A stretch of DNA of 64,000 bases from NCBI RefSeq assembly GCF_009914755.1, contig NC_060947.1. One strand, given 5' to 3'. The notes below the pieces were generated by a model. That model saw only the letters and a program-made list of their open reading frames with translations. It did no database searches and was not told where the DNA came from. Both the position numbers and the translations under genes were made by a program. Positions 28,323 through 42,236 of the stretch are shown piece after piece; the stretch's first letter is position 1; each line of letters starts with the position of its first letter. Origin of the DNA: the human T2T-CHM13v2.0 reference genome, Homo sapiens.

Positions 28323-28785
28323 GCTTTTTCTGTTTACTTCCACCCAAAATTTGTATACCAACATTTATTTATATGCATATAGATGATTTTAAAATTATTA
28401 ACCAAGTGAGTATTGCTATACACAAGTGTTGATGTCTTGTTTTGTTTTTCACTTAAAGTATGTCTTGCAGAATTTTCTACATTAAAAAGAATAGATATAT
28501 CTCATTATTTTAGCGGTGGCATGGTATTCTAATGACTTTGATGGACCATGACTGATTTAACCTGTTCATAACTACTTAGGTAATGTCTAAATTTTAGCTA
28601 AAACAGACAATGCTGCAATGAATATCATTGAGCAGAAATTGTAATGCTCTATTACTAGTCTATCTGTCATGGAAACAATGGAATTGTTGGATGAAAAGGA
28701 ATGTGCAAGTTTTATTATTAAAATTTTCAATCATTAAGAAAAAAGACTGATAATACATAATTGTTTCTATCCTCTAATATTTTCA

Positions 28786-29296
<511 letters not shown>

Positions 29297-30071
29297 TTAT
29301 AAATGGTGTAGTCATGTACAGACCTTTCTGCTGTTGACTCCTTTTGCATGTTCTTATTTATTGGCATATGTAAGTTTAGTCCCTCCACTTCCACTGTTTT
29401 GTAGTGTTTTGTATGAACATTTCACAGAAATTAGTTCCCTATTGATATTTTCAAGTTCTGTTGTTTACAATACTTGACCATAACAAAAACTGCTACAAAG
29501 AACAACCTTGTACATGCTTTCTGTTGCTCATGTTTAAAGTTACTCTTGGGTATTTACCTGTTATTAAAATTGTTGAGTTGCATGTTCAACCTATCTGAAG
29601 TCTCTAAGTAGTACAAGAGAGTTGTTGCTCAACATCCCATAGCCATTTGACACCATATTTTAATTGTTCAAATGTGAAAATTGTAAAATGGAACTTCATT
29701 TTGTCTTTTATGTACATTTTCTAGTTTACTGATATGGTTGAATATCTATTCAAAAATGTATTACTTATTATGTGTTTTTCTTCTCTTGATTAAACTATTC
29801 ATAAATGTAGCTGATTTTTAAATTTGATTATTTTTACTTAATTATTCTTATATTCTTTACATAGTCTTGATAAAAATAATCAGATATGTGTATGGCATGT
29901 GTCATCTTTCAGTCTTCTATTCATCTTCTCTCTATGTACATTAAAACACATGTATTTTTAGATATTGTTAAGCTGCCTGACAAAAAGGGTAAACTAGTTT
30001 ATAATCCCACTAAGTGTGTATGAGGTTACTCTTCCCCTACACTTTTGCAGATACTGGATACTATTAAAGTG

Positions 30072-30386
30072 TTTTTTTTTGTTTGTTTGTTTCTGTTTTT
30101 TGTTTTTTGAGACGGAGTCTTGTTCTGTTGCCCAGGCTGGAGTGCAGTGGCATAATCTCGGCTCACTGAAACCTCTGCCTCCGGGTTCAAGCAATTCTCC
30201 TACCTCAGCCTCCTGAGTACCTGGGATTACAGGCACATGCCACCATGCCAGGCTAATTTTTGTATTTTTAGTAGAAACGGGGTTTTACCATGTTGGCCAA
30301 GCTGGTCTCGAACTCCTGACCTTGTGATCCATCCACCTCGGCCTCACAAAGTGCTGGGATTACAGGTGTGAGCCACCTTGCCAGCC
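30072..30386 (-). mobile_element. AluS (Sg-like)
   Basis: ctggtctcgaactcctgaccttgtgatcc; TSD ttaaagtgtttt. Confidence 0.93.
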
Positions 30387-30766
30387 TTAAAGTGTTTTAA
30401 TATTAAGAAATGAATAGATGAAAAAATTGTCTCATTGATGCCTAGATATAATTTTCCATATTTATAAGTGAGACAGGGCATCTTAGCATGTTTTAACATG
30501 TGTTTATCAGAATAGTAATTTCAGCTACAGAAAATTCCCTTTATCATTATTATTTGAAATATAAGACTTTTGCAAATAACTGCAGTTTTTTCGTAAAAGC
30601 AGTTTGTCAATTTCATAGAGTTAGATGCATCTGAAATTAATTTGCCTTGTCAAGCTCATGTAGAAGGGGGAAGAAACACCACAAATGTCAGTGTTTGCCA
30701 AAGTTACTGGAATGCGTGTAATAAAGTGAAATGCTTCATTTATTACTATTCTTTAAAGAAATAGTA

Positions 30767-31087
30767 TTTTTTTTTATTTTTATTTTCTTTATTTTATTTT
30801 TTGAGACGGAGTCTCACTCTGTTGCTCAGGCTGGAGTGCAGTGGCGCGATCGATCTCGGCTCACTGCAAGCTCTGCCTCTCGGGTTCACGCCATTCTCCT
30901 GCCTCAGCCTCCTCAGCAGCTGGGACTACAGGTGCCTGCCACCATGCCGGGCTAATTTTTTGTGTTTTTAGTAAAGACGGGGTTTCACCGTGTTAGCCAG
31001 GACGGTCTCGATCTCCTGACCTTGTGATCCGCCCGCCTCGGCCTCCCAAAGTGCTGGGATTACAGGCGTGAGCCACTGCGCCCAGCC
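30767..31087 (-). mobile_element. AluY
   Basis: AluY diagnostics; TSD aagaaatagtatttttt; GATC duplication at 30848-30855. Confidence 0.96.
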
Positions 31088-33471
31088 AAGAAATAGTATT
31101 TTTTACTTTTATTCAAATCTATATAGAATTTATCTATATAAATGCCTGCTTAACATTAACATATTTTTAAAAATGTAATTGGCTAATTATATTTAGAATG
31201 ATACAATTTAAGCTGGGAAGTACCAATATTAGATTACTGTGTGCTGTATTATATACTTTCTGAGAACTAGAGGAGGTGGTGGACAAGCCATTGATTGCTA
31301 ATTTGAAATAAGTTTTAAAGTATTTTGGTGGAATTTATTTTGCTAGCATGACTTCTCTTGATTGAGGCTTTACTTATTTTAATCATGCAGGACCCATTTG
31401 TGAGAAGCTCTTTACAAAACCAAATGGATTTTTAGAATTAACCTAAATTATATGTCATCCAATAACATGCTTGATGTTGTCATAGTTCAGCAGAGGACAA
31501 TCTTGTATAGTATCTCTGTCACATAGACATAATCATACCACACAATATTTAAGCTAGAACGTGGTTTGGCATTCTGTTTAAACACCCATCAAAATGGTAA
31601 ACATTCCCCTCTCTTAATTGCTTTGTTAGGCTTCAAGAAAGAGAAAAATTATAAAGCACTATTTTCTTCTTGCTACAACCATTCATTCTACAGATAAATT
31701 CTATATTGGTGAACGGGCTATCTGAATTATGTGTATTATTGGAAGCATAACAGATATGTCATGTAGATGACAATAGCAGAAAATGTGATTTAGCTGAAAT
31801 GATAGAGCTATGAAATGTTTTTCTTCCCTAGGTCTGGATTACACACAATTTCAAACCTTGTGGTTTATAAAATTGCAAAAGATGCATTATATTGAATCAT
31901 GCTTTTGACTTATTGGGTAGAAAAGTAACAATGGCTAAACTCAAGTGAAGATTTGGTTCTTAACTGTATTTGATTCACATTTCTCTTGGTTAATTGCTTT
32001 ACTCTACCTCATTTTGCTTGTGCTTATTCTGTTTCAATTAGTGGACTCTTAACATTTGTATTTACTAAAAAATCAATGCCAAGAAATTGCTTCTTTTAAG
32101 ACTTATGCTTTGAAGTGTGAAATATTTAGCTTTCCAAAGAACTTTAAAGCCTATTTTTTTAGTATTTTAAAATAAGCATAGATTTATACATAGGACTGGT
32201 GGCAAAAAATGTAAACTAGAAATATGAATATAGTAATAATAGCTTTAATTACTTTTACAGAGTTTAGAAGAATGTGTCTCTGTGGGAATAAAGATTTCTC
32301 CCTCTCTTGCCCCCCTCTCCCATAGTAGCATCAGTATAATTTATTTTTAAAGAAATATCTCTTATGCATTTCAGTTTTTCCCCTTATCATTGTCATTGAG
32401 TAAATTGATAGGAAGAAACATAATTAAGGAAGGAAAATCTTATTTAGGAATTATAAGCAATTTTCTCTTCTCCTCCTATTGCTTTCTGGTAGGCATCTGT
32501 TCAGGTATTTAGCTGGAGATAGAGTGAATCACCTTTCTTAGTGCGTACAGGAAGGGGCTTTGCTTGTAGTCACACTGTCAATACTGATAATTACCTGCAT
32601 AGCAACAAAAGATATATTCTTGTGATATTTTCAAAGTGAAATCGGTACTTCAGTGGTACTCTTCATGCAGAATTGCCCCTGTGGTACCAAGTTATTGGAT
32701 TTTAATGCTGCACCTGTGTGAAAGGGAGAACCAGAAAGGATATAAAGAAAAGATACCTTTAAGGAAAGGTAGTAGTTTCCATCAAGAAACAAAGGAAAAT
32801 ATAGGATATTTTTAAAATCTAGTTTGTGATTATCATTAGTTTTTGCTGAATTGGCTTAAAGGATTTATAAGGCTGTAAATCCAGAAACTCAAGCATAATA
32901 TTTATTATTATAAAATATAGCAGGAAATGTTAGGAATTTAGAAGCTCGTATTTTGAATCAACAATGCCAAAATATTATAGGGGAAAATGGAAAAATAAGA
33001 GAATTTGTATAAGTAGTAAAGACTGCTTTCTTGAGGCAGAAGGCAAAAGTGCCAACTGATGTTCGATGCCATCAAACGATATTGGTCTTCTATTAAAGAA
33101 AACAATTTGTATCTTGAGGGCAAGAAAGAAGAACCTGCAAACTCTGTAAGAAGCAAAATATATTCATGTGGTATCAGTCACTGAGAAAAAGGCTTAATTT
33201 AATGAAAGCTATGTACATCCTGTTATTACTGGGGAAGTAAATAAAGTCAACAGATTACATTTAAAATAATCTCTTGTTTTCACTATTCCTGTTGTTTTGT
33301 ATCACCAGTTTTTAAAGCTAATATAAGATATGAAGAAGAAATTTTTTAAAATCCAAATATATTGCAAGAGATTACTATCAGAGAAAGTTTGAGTAGGTCA
33401 ATGCTATAAATACACATTAACGTTATATTTCCCCTTAGGTTGAATAAATTGGCTAACCTATGTTATTGTAC

Positions 33472-33936
33472 TTTTAAAATTTTACTTTAAGCCCTGGGAT
33501 ACCTATGTTGAACATGCAGGTTTGTTACATAGGTATACATGTGCCATGGTGGTTTGCTGCACCTATCCATCCATCATCTAGGATTTAAGCCCCGCACGCA
33601 TTAAGTATTTGTCCTAATGCTCTCCCTCTTTTTTCCCACCAACCCCCCAACAGGCCCCTGTGTGAGATGTTCCCCTCCCTGTGTCCATGTGTTCTCATTG
33701 TTCAACTCCCACTTATGAGTGAGAACATGCAGTATTTGGTTTTCTGTTCCTGTTTGCTGAGGATGATGGTTTCCAGCTTCATCCATGTCCCTGCAAAAGA
33801 AAGGACATGAACTCATTCTTTTTTTTATGGCTGCATAATATTCCGTGGTGTATAAGTGCCATATTTTCTTTATCCAGTCTATCACTGATGGGCATTTGGG
33901 TTGGTTTCAAGTCTTTGCTTTTGTAAATAGTGTTGC
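33472..33936 (-). mobile_element. 5'-truncated L1PA8-like 3' end
   Basis: catctaggatttaagccccgcacgcattaagtatttgtcctaatgc is characteristic of L1PA8; ORF2 tail peptide IDWIKKIWHLYTTEYYAAIKK. Confidence 0.88.
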
Positions 33937-34053
33937 ACTTTTTTTAAAGGGCAGGTAAGAGTTAACAGGAAATGGAGATTGAACATGCTGTTTCAGAGAA
34001 GTGTAATCAGATAAACTGAAGGTAAACAAGGTATGCTATTGGTGTAAAATTTT

Positions 34054-34443
34054 GAGAGAAAAGAAGAAAGAAAGAAAGAAGAAGAAGAAAAAGAAGAAGA
34101 AGAGGGAAGAGGAGTGGGAGGAGGAGGAGTGGGAGGAGGAGGGGGGAGGAGGAGGAGTGGGAGGAGGAGGGGGGAGGAGGAGGGGGAGGAGGAGGAGGGG
34201 GAGGAGGAGGAGGGGGAGGAGGAGGAGGGAAGAAGAAGAAGAAGAAGGGGAGGAGGAGGAAGAAGAAGAAGAAGAGGAGGAGGGGTGAGGAGGAGGAGGA
34301 GGAAGAGGAAGAGGGGGAAGAGGAAGAGGAGGAGGAGGAGGAAGAAGAAGAAGAAGAAGAAGCAACAGCAGCAGCAGCACAAGCAACAGCAGCAGCAGCA
34401 GAGGAGGAGGAGGAGGAGGAGGAGGAAAAGGGAGAGAGAGAGA
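34054..34443. repeat. Composite purine-rich low-complexity tract: (AAAG)n, (GAA)n, (GGA)n with 15-nt GGGGGAGGAGGAGGA units, short CAG/CAA block, (GAG)n, (GA)n
   Basis: Directly visible; first ~310 nt contain only a handful of pyrimidines. Confidence 0.97.
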
Positions 34444-34767
34444 TTTCCCTGTTGCCAAAATAAGGATTTTGCTTTACCTTCAACTGCTTAAGCTGAAGGT
34501 CTTTCTTTACATGGGATAATAGTTCACTGTAACACATCTGCCTGCAGTAGTTCTCTTCCTTTTTTGGCTTTCAGAAGGTGAGACTTTGCTCTCACTCTAT
34601 TGGCACCTGTAACAGTGATACCAGAAATGGCAACTTTAAAGTATGATGTAGTTGCCCAATTGTACGTCTCAGAACCTACTGAGGTGCTACACTGTCACAG
34701 GGGGCTTTAATTGTTGACAATTTAATTTCTAAAGATAAAAATTTGATGATCAAAATAAAGAAAATAG

Positions 34768-34811
34768 TATATATATATATATATATATATAGATAGATAG
34801 ATAGATAGATA
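34768..34811. repeat. Compound (TA)12(GATA)5 microsatellite
   Basis: Directly visible. Confidence 0.93.
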
Positions 34812-35029
34812 AAGAGGTAGATAAATATGGTATAATTTATCTTTTTTTTTTATAAACCAGCATACCCACACTCTTGGAGTTTATCTTTTATTACCATAAT
34901 AGGAGTTCACACAATCTTGCATCTATAGTACCTTCATTTAAAGATTTGTTTGTTGGAACTGCAAAAAGAATTATTTTCTATTAATTAATTATTACCTATT
35001 ATCAATTTTTCTTATGTTTCAAAAAACAG

Positions 35030-35062
35030 TCTCTCTCTCTGTCTCTGTGTGTGTGTGTGTGT
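35030..35062. repeat. Compound (TC)n(TG)n microsatellite
   Basis: tctctctctctgtctctgtgtgtgtgtgtgtgt. Confidence 0.85.
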
Positions 35063-35311
35063 AAATTTATTTTTAGGTAGAGAAAAAAGTAAGCATATTC
35101 ATTCTAAGATAAGCAGCTAGAAGCTTCGTATGTACATGATCATATGTACATGTTAGGTGGTTCTCTGATGAAGATAGGTCTATTTCTCCTAAGAAATTGC
35201 TTTGTCTTTTGTTTTTGACAGCATGTATAATTTATCTAATTATGTTGCTTTATTTGTGTTGTTTTCTGTGAAGCACAGAGCCAAAATTGTGGCCCAAATA
35301 AAGCAAGAAGA

Positions 35312-35468
35312 TTTGCAGTGGCAAGCTGCTTCTTTCAAAGGGTCTGTGAATTCTTTTGGTGTTCTGGTATGTTCCTGTGTTGGTTCTTGGAGCAAACGTT
35401 TATGATGTGAGTCTCCACATGCTGTTCTGTCCTTCCAAGTGGGAGCAGCACATGAGTCCACCATTTTG
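35312..35468 (-). mobile_element. Extreme 5' end (5' UTR) of an old primate L1 (L1PA13-16-like)
   Basis: Reverse complement: caaaatggtgg...gctcccacttggaaggacagaacagcatgtggagactcacatcataaacgtttgctccaagaacc...gaattcacagaccctttgaaagaagcagcttgccactgcaaa. Confidence 0.75.
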
Positions 35469-35840
35469 CTGGATTATTTTTTCTATTCATTCTTTATTTA
35501 TTATTTGCATTTCATTTTGGAAACCTTCTATTGACGAGTTTTGTCAATAGACATCAAGTCTTTGATTCTTTCCTCAGCTATCTCCAAGTTATTGATAAGG
35601 CCATCAAAGGCATTCTTCATTTCTGTTAAAAAGAATTTGGCAATCTTTAGATCTACATATATATATATTATTTTCTCAAGAGCTGAGCAAATTCTAATGG
35701 TATCTCTCTTTGAAAGGAATCAAATATTATTATTATTTGATGCACATATATTTCTCAAAAGGTCTTATTACCATAGATTGGTGCTGTTAGGCTTAGGTAT
35801 CCATGGCTCCTCAACTCATAGTCTCTCAATACTATGATAA

Positions 35841-36562
35841 TGTCAACTGAAGAATGATGAGGTTCATACATTTGGAAAGAAAATCTTTATTTCCATAAGG
35901 GATTGCAGCCTGCAGAGTGGCCGTTGTGACAGGCTGGGAAGGCTAGCCTCCAATCAGAAGCCAGAAACAAATACTTAAAGGGTCGGAAGAATAAGACATG
36001 GATTTGTGCTGAATGAAGTGGCCAAATATACATATTCAGTAAGCTATAGGAGGAGGCATGAATATTTATGAAAGAAGAAATATGTGTATGTACAACTGAG
36101 CTTTATGCCTCTCCATGGGATCCATGTTCAAAAAATGGCAGTGTTAGCATATGAGGGTGGAGTTTTTGGCCCTCTGACATTAAAAGATGAAGTAGAGGAC
36201 ACAAAAACCCTCACTGTGCATCCTCCGTAGACTGTCCAGAACCATCCCATAGCTGGCAGTCTATTATTAGGAAGAAGTGCTGGTCTGTTGTTTTGTTAAA
36301 ACCGCAAAAAGAGGGAGCAATATCAGGTACTTGGTTAAAACTAGCAGTGCAGCAAGTCTCTTGAAAGGGTTGGTTTCTGTTTAATCCTTAGAGAAGAAAG
36401 CCTATTGGTGGTTAGTGAGGGAGTGAAGGATTATAATAAGGAATGACGCCTTCCCATTGAGTCATGGCCAGAAACTCAGGTTCCAAGGTTTCTTTGGGGA
36501 TCCCTTGGCCAATAGGAGAGGTCATTCAATTGAATTATGGGCTTTTTTATTTTTATTTCTCA
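35841..36562 (-). mobile_element. ERV1 solo LTR, MER4 group (MER72/MER49-like)
   Basis: Reverse complement starts TGAGAAATAAAAATAAAA...TTGGCCAAGGGATCCCCAAAGAAACCTT and ends CAGTTGACA; 722 bp, TG...CA termini. Confidence 0.75.
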
Positions 36563-36639
36563 GTAGAATGGATCAGGCAGTAATCATTGTGGAAAATGTA
36601 GAAACTATGTCAAACTAAATGTTTAAATACTACTACTAT

Positions 36640-36830
36640 TAAGTAATAATATCAAGGTCTTAAATCATGTGCTTACCGTGTTCAAAGCACTAACATTTTA
36701 TTCTCAAAACAAACATATGGGATAAACTTAACATCTCAAATTTAAGGGTTAGTAAACTGAAGCTTAAAGAGGTTAAGGAGGTTGTTCAATTTACACCATT
36801 AGGACATGATGGAACCAGTGGTACATGTGC
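36640..36830 (-). mobile_element. MIR
   Basis: taaactgaagcttaaagaggttaaggaggttgttcaatttacacc reverse core. Confidence 0.6.
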
Positions 36831-38387
36831 CACCAATATCTGTCTTTAACTCTTATGTGATCCTGACACAAATATGTTTGTTTACAGATTCACCATATTG
36901 ACACATACACTTTCATTGTGAATGGAACAAGAGGAAATAGAATTAAGACATCACAGACTGTTTCATAGAATCACTATTTAAAAAAAAAAATTCTGTAGTG
37001 TTACAGCTTTCCAAGACCATCAGTCATTCTTAACCAAGAGTCACATGGCTGCACCAGTAACACCTCATATCTTGAGTCCTAGAATGCAATTCTTATCCAA
37101 AGGAAGACATAAGAAATCAGAATGGAATTTCTATTCTCAGTCACATCCATTGGCCTATGAATTGAAAATTTCATTTTCAGAAGGTAATTATATTCTCTTC
37201 TCAGGATTTATCTTTGAGGACAGTGTATACTTCTTAATTTATTTTAGTACAGACTCTCATTTCTAATCAGTAATGCTAATTTGGAGAGAAAAGAAGGTTT
37301 TCTTTGCAAGCATGGGGATTTTGATAGAAACGTCATACTTTTTTAAACTTTCCTAGACAATTTCACCTTTTGTTTTTTTCTCTGAAGCAGATGGTATTGA
37401 GTGAAAAGTTCTATAATGCATTCATCATTACCCATTCACTGCTCACTGAGATGAGAGAGTGATGTACTTCATCAGAGGAAAGTACTCTACTGTCTAAGTT
37501 ACACTACCACTTTCAGGAGAAACACTTAACTTCCTAGAAGAGGTGGTTAACCATATATGGGTGAATATATGTGTGCCTATAATTTTCTCCTTTTAAAATA
37601 ACTTTCAAACAATTGTGGACCTTTATTTCATGACATTAATGTACTTTTACATCATTGACTAACAAAGAATGTAATTTACAATTTTTATGTGAATGAGAAC
37701 TCTAGTCCATCAATGCAATTACAATGCATCAATTATCCTTCCTGAATGTTAAGTATATCTCGCAAAAAATAGTATTTTTACTTTTACTCTGTATAAATGA
37801 AAAATTTTGAAACAGTCCAAAATATGTCATTATTCATTTGCATTAAAGGAAGAGGATACAGTGTAGGCAACTAGAAAATATTTCTGGTAAAAATATTCTA
37901 GTGACTTTAAAGCTGAATTGCATGGATTTTAAGAAAAGAAAAATAATAATTTGTTGTGTTTATAACTACAACAAGAGATATGTTTAACCTATTTAGGTAC
38001 TTCACTAAATAGCAATCATGCAAATAAGAATTCGAGGACACAATTTAGACTGAATATATGTTTTAACTACCAGGTGAACTGGCACAAGTTGTGAATACCA
38101 CAAATAAAATATTGGCATTCTATAATTCTTTTAAATTAATAGAAAAATACACTTTATCTTTGAAGATTTATATTATTAGGAAATAAAATATTCATAGTTA
38201 TTTTTCACTTTGTATGATTGGAAAAATTGCCTTAATATGTGTTTATTATATGAGAGTGAACACTTTTTATTTCTCACTGTGCTATACTGAAAGTCAAAGA
38301 TTTGCTATTGTGTGTATATATGTGTGTGTGTTTGTGTGTCTGTATTTTCTTAGGTCAAACTATTAATATTTAGTGTGCAAAAATTCC

Positions 38388-38742
38388 TGGATATAGAAAG
38401 TAGCAGAATGATTATCAGATCCTGGAAAGGGTAGTGGGGTGATTGAGGAGGTGGGAATGGTTAATGAGTACACAAAAATAGAAAGAATGAGTAAGACCTA
38501 CTAATTGATAGAACAATAGGGTGACTATAGTCAATAATAACTGTACATTTCGAAAAAAACTGAAAGAGTGTAATTGGATTATTTGTATCACAAAGGATAA
38601 ATGCTTGAGAGGATGGATACTCCATTCTCCATGATGTAATTATTTCACATTGCATGCCTGTATAAAAACATCTCATGTACCCCATAAATATATTACACCT
38701 CCTACATACTCACAAAATTTAAAAATGAAAATTGAAATAAAA
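38388..38742 (+). mobile_element. L1MA (L1MA1/2-like) 3' end
   Basis: caatagggtgactatagtcaataataa...cacaaaggataaatgcttgagaggatggatac...acatctcatgtaccccataaatata then A-rich tail. Confidence 0.88.
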
Positions 38743-38839
38743 ATTCTACATATCCAATTCAAAAGAGAAACAATGGAAGGCACGTGTTTATAAAAAAAAA
38801 AATCTCGGATTGAGAATGGAAATTAGAAAGTGATTCCCA

Positions 38840-39019
38840 AATAACTAGAGAAGTGGAGTTAAAATATTCCTAACACAAAGAAATGATAAATGTTTGAGGT
38901 GACTTTTACCCCATTACCCTAATTTGATCATTTCCCGTTCTATGCTTTTATCAAAGTATCACATGTACCTGATAAATGTGTGCAATTATTATATGCCCAT
39001 AAAAATAAAGAATAAAAAA
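38840..39019 (+). mobile_element. L1MA (L1MA3-5-like) terminal fragment
   Basis: aacacaaagaaatgataaatgtttgaggtga...taccctaatttgatcatt...tatcacatgtacc with A-rich tail. Confidence 0.8.
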
Positions 39020-40852
39020 GGATTACCCCTTTTTAAAAAAGTTAAATGTATAATATTTCTCTTTGAGTACATTAAAACAAGTGCTTTTATTTATTCTGAT
39101 AACTGAATATGTGTTAAATATGAATAAAAGTTGTACGTTATTTATTGTGTTTTCAGGATCCAAGCCACTTTGGTGGCATTTTTTTTTAGTTTAACATTAT
39201 CTCATAATTATAACTTTCATATACCGGACAATTACTTCATTGCATGTAAATATACCTCATTGATTTTAACAATGACAGAGGTGGGTGGATGACTGTCAGA
39301 GTTGTTTTTCTTAAGCTATTGTGGTCCTCCCCTGAATGATGCTGTAACATGCATTATGCTTTGAATAAATGCCATCTGTAGACAAATGAGTGATTTGTTA
39401 AAAGAAAGGTAGCAATAAATGAAAATTCTGGCAGAAGTTAATGAATATTGTTAGTTGAACTGTACAATGCAAGTAAATATTAGTTTTTACATTTTGTATG
39501 AGTAGACATTTGCAAAGTGTCAAACACTTTCTTTTCATGTATATTTTTTTCACATACAGTGCTAATGACCTAGCAAGCCTATAGCTGCTAAATCAGTACT
39601 ATTTTTTTTTGATTTCTGTTTTTTATAAACGCAGTCAGTATTAGAACAAAAGCTACATACTCTGTCTTGGTCACAGTTGACATGGAAGCCAAATATGTCT
39701 GTAATTGAATTATGAATCTTCTATATTAACCTTCAAACAAATCTTTTTATTACTTACAATGGTGAAATAGAAAGTTTTTCTAATTTTATTTCATAAAAGA
39801 CACTTAGAGACTACTCAATATGGATTTGAAGAGTGTATTTCAATGTTCAGGGAGTCCTAATACACATGTAATTTTTGTTAAACTATATTTCTGCTCCTTG
39901 CTCACTCTAAAGGTAAAAATGACTGGTGGAAAAGATTGTGAAACTGTTACAGGCTATGAATATTGCAGAGGCTTAGCTAGTTGCCTAATGTGTTTAATTA
40001 GTATTGAACAACTGCAAAATCACTTTGGTTTATAGCCGTGGTCACACACTTTTGTTTTCTTCTTTTCTTCCATTTTTTTTTTTTTTTTTTTTTTGCCCCT
40101 TTCCTCTCTTATGCAAAAGCCTGCTCTGATTTCACAAACTAGAAGGTTAAGGCTCGCATAGCCGACTCCTAGCAGATTGGTTTAATACATAAGAAGTATT
40201 CAGTTTGCTCATTTTTAGTGTAGGCCTTTAACCTAAGTAGATAAAGCATTTTATATTTTCAATATGATGTTAAATAACATTCGACTAATCTTTCACTGAT
40301 ATATATTGGTGTATACCTAAACTACTAATCACCATCAGATTTCCATCATGCTTCCATTGCCCCAAGCTAGGTCTCTTCTCTATCTACTAGTTATTCTATT
40401 TTTTTAGTTATTCAAATTTAACATCCTTACTATTACTAGTAGTTTCTACTAGTTTAGCAATGCGGAATAATTACTATTCAGTTTTGTTGCTTACTGAGAC
40501 ATAACTGTCAAATAAAGCAAATTTTTTTATTATCTATAACAGCAGGTAATCATAAAATATAAACGGCCAGGTAATCACAAAAGTATGCATGCATTTCAAA
40601 TGTATCATGCAGTCTTTTTCCTGGAGGCAACAGCAGATATTCTTGACTTTTTTTCCTAGATAGCATTTTAGTGAGAGTTTTGCTATGATTTACTTTGCCA
40701 GGAGGAAAAATGTTATTACAAATAAATGTCTTATATACTAAATGCTTTGTATTGCCCCTTTTCATTATCTCCCACCTTGGACCTTTCAAAGAACTAGATT
40801 TTGATTTCATATTGTTTTCATTATTTTTCTGTTTTAAATTTTATTGATTTAT

Positions 40853-41015
40853 GTTTTTGTTTTAGATAGACATGGTCTTGCTCAGTCACTCAGGCTGGAG
40901 TGTAGTGGTACGATCATAGTTTACTGTGACCTCAAACTCCTGGGCTCAAGTGGTCTTTTTGCCTCAGCCTCTCGTGTAGCTAGGACTAAACACACACACC
41001 ACTATGCCTGGTTAA
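40853..41015 (-). mobile_element. FRAM / AluJ right monomer
   Basis: caggctggagtgtagtggtacgatcatag...ctcctgggctcaagtg...gcctggttaat, monomer only. Confidence 0.82.
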
Positions 41016-41514
41016 TGACTTATTTTTCTTCTTCTTCTTTTTGCTTGCTTTGATTGTATTTGCTGTTCTTCAACTTTCTTAAGGTGAAAATTTAGAACAT
41101 GGAATGGAGAACTGTCTTCTTTTCTAGTTTGTAGTATTTAATGTAATGTTCCCTCTAACCAGTGCTTTCGTTGCATCTTACAAATTGTGATATGCTTTAT
41201 TTTGTTTTCATTCAACTGTGATTTCCTTTTGGCCTATGTACTGTGTAGAAGTGTTTGTTTTCTCTCTCCAGTTGTATTGGGGTTTTTTTTTTTCATGTAT
41301 TTCAAAGCTCTGTTTTAAGGTGTATATATATGTAGGATTGTTAATTCTTCTTGGTAAATTGATCCTTTTATAATTATAAAATTTCACTCCATATCCGTGT
41401 TTATATTCCTTGTTCTGATGTCTACTTCTGATATTAATATAGTCATTTCAACTTTTTTGCTTTTGGTTTGCATGGTATATCTTTTTCCATCTTTTAGCTT
41501 TTTTGTATGTCTGT

Positions 41515-41675
41515 TTTCTGTTTTTTTGTTCTTTTTTTTTTTTTTGTCTTTTTTTTTCTTAGAGACAAGGTCTTGTTACGTTGCCCCAGCTGGCTCAAAC
41601 TCCAGGGCTCAAGAGATTCTCCTACCTCAGCTTCCCAAATAGCTGGGACTGCAGGTGTGCACTGCTGCACCTGGC
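41515..41675 (-). mobile_element. FLAM (free left Alu monomer)
   Basis: T tail then agagacaaggtcttgttacgttgcccc...ggctcaagagattctcc...gcacctggc. Confidence 0.82.
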
Positions 41676-41856
41676 TAGCTATCTTAACTTTTATCCTACC
41701 TAGGTCTTTCTAGCTAAAGCAGCTTTTTTGTTGACGGACATAGTTGGGCTTTGTTTTTTTTGTTTCATTTTGTTTTTTTAATCCAACCTGAAAATCTTAA
41801 AATACATGTGCTATACCTATTTATTTTCATGTATTTATTGATGTTATTGGATTTAA

Positions 41857-42236
<380 letters not shown>

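Noticed and set aside
33993-34537. Poly-Ser/Pro/Leu/Glu/Arg ORFs and a short poly-Gln (CAG) run
   Set aside because: Translations of the simple-repeat tract; the CAG block is short, interrupted and intronic
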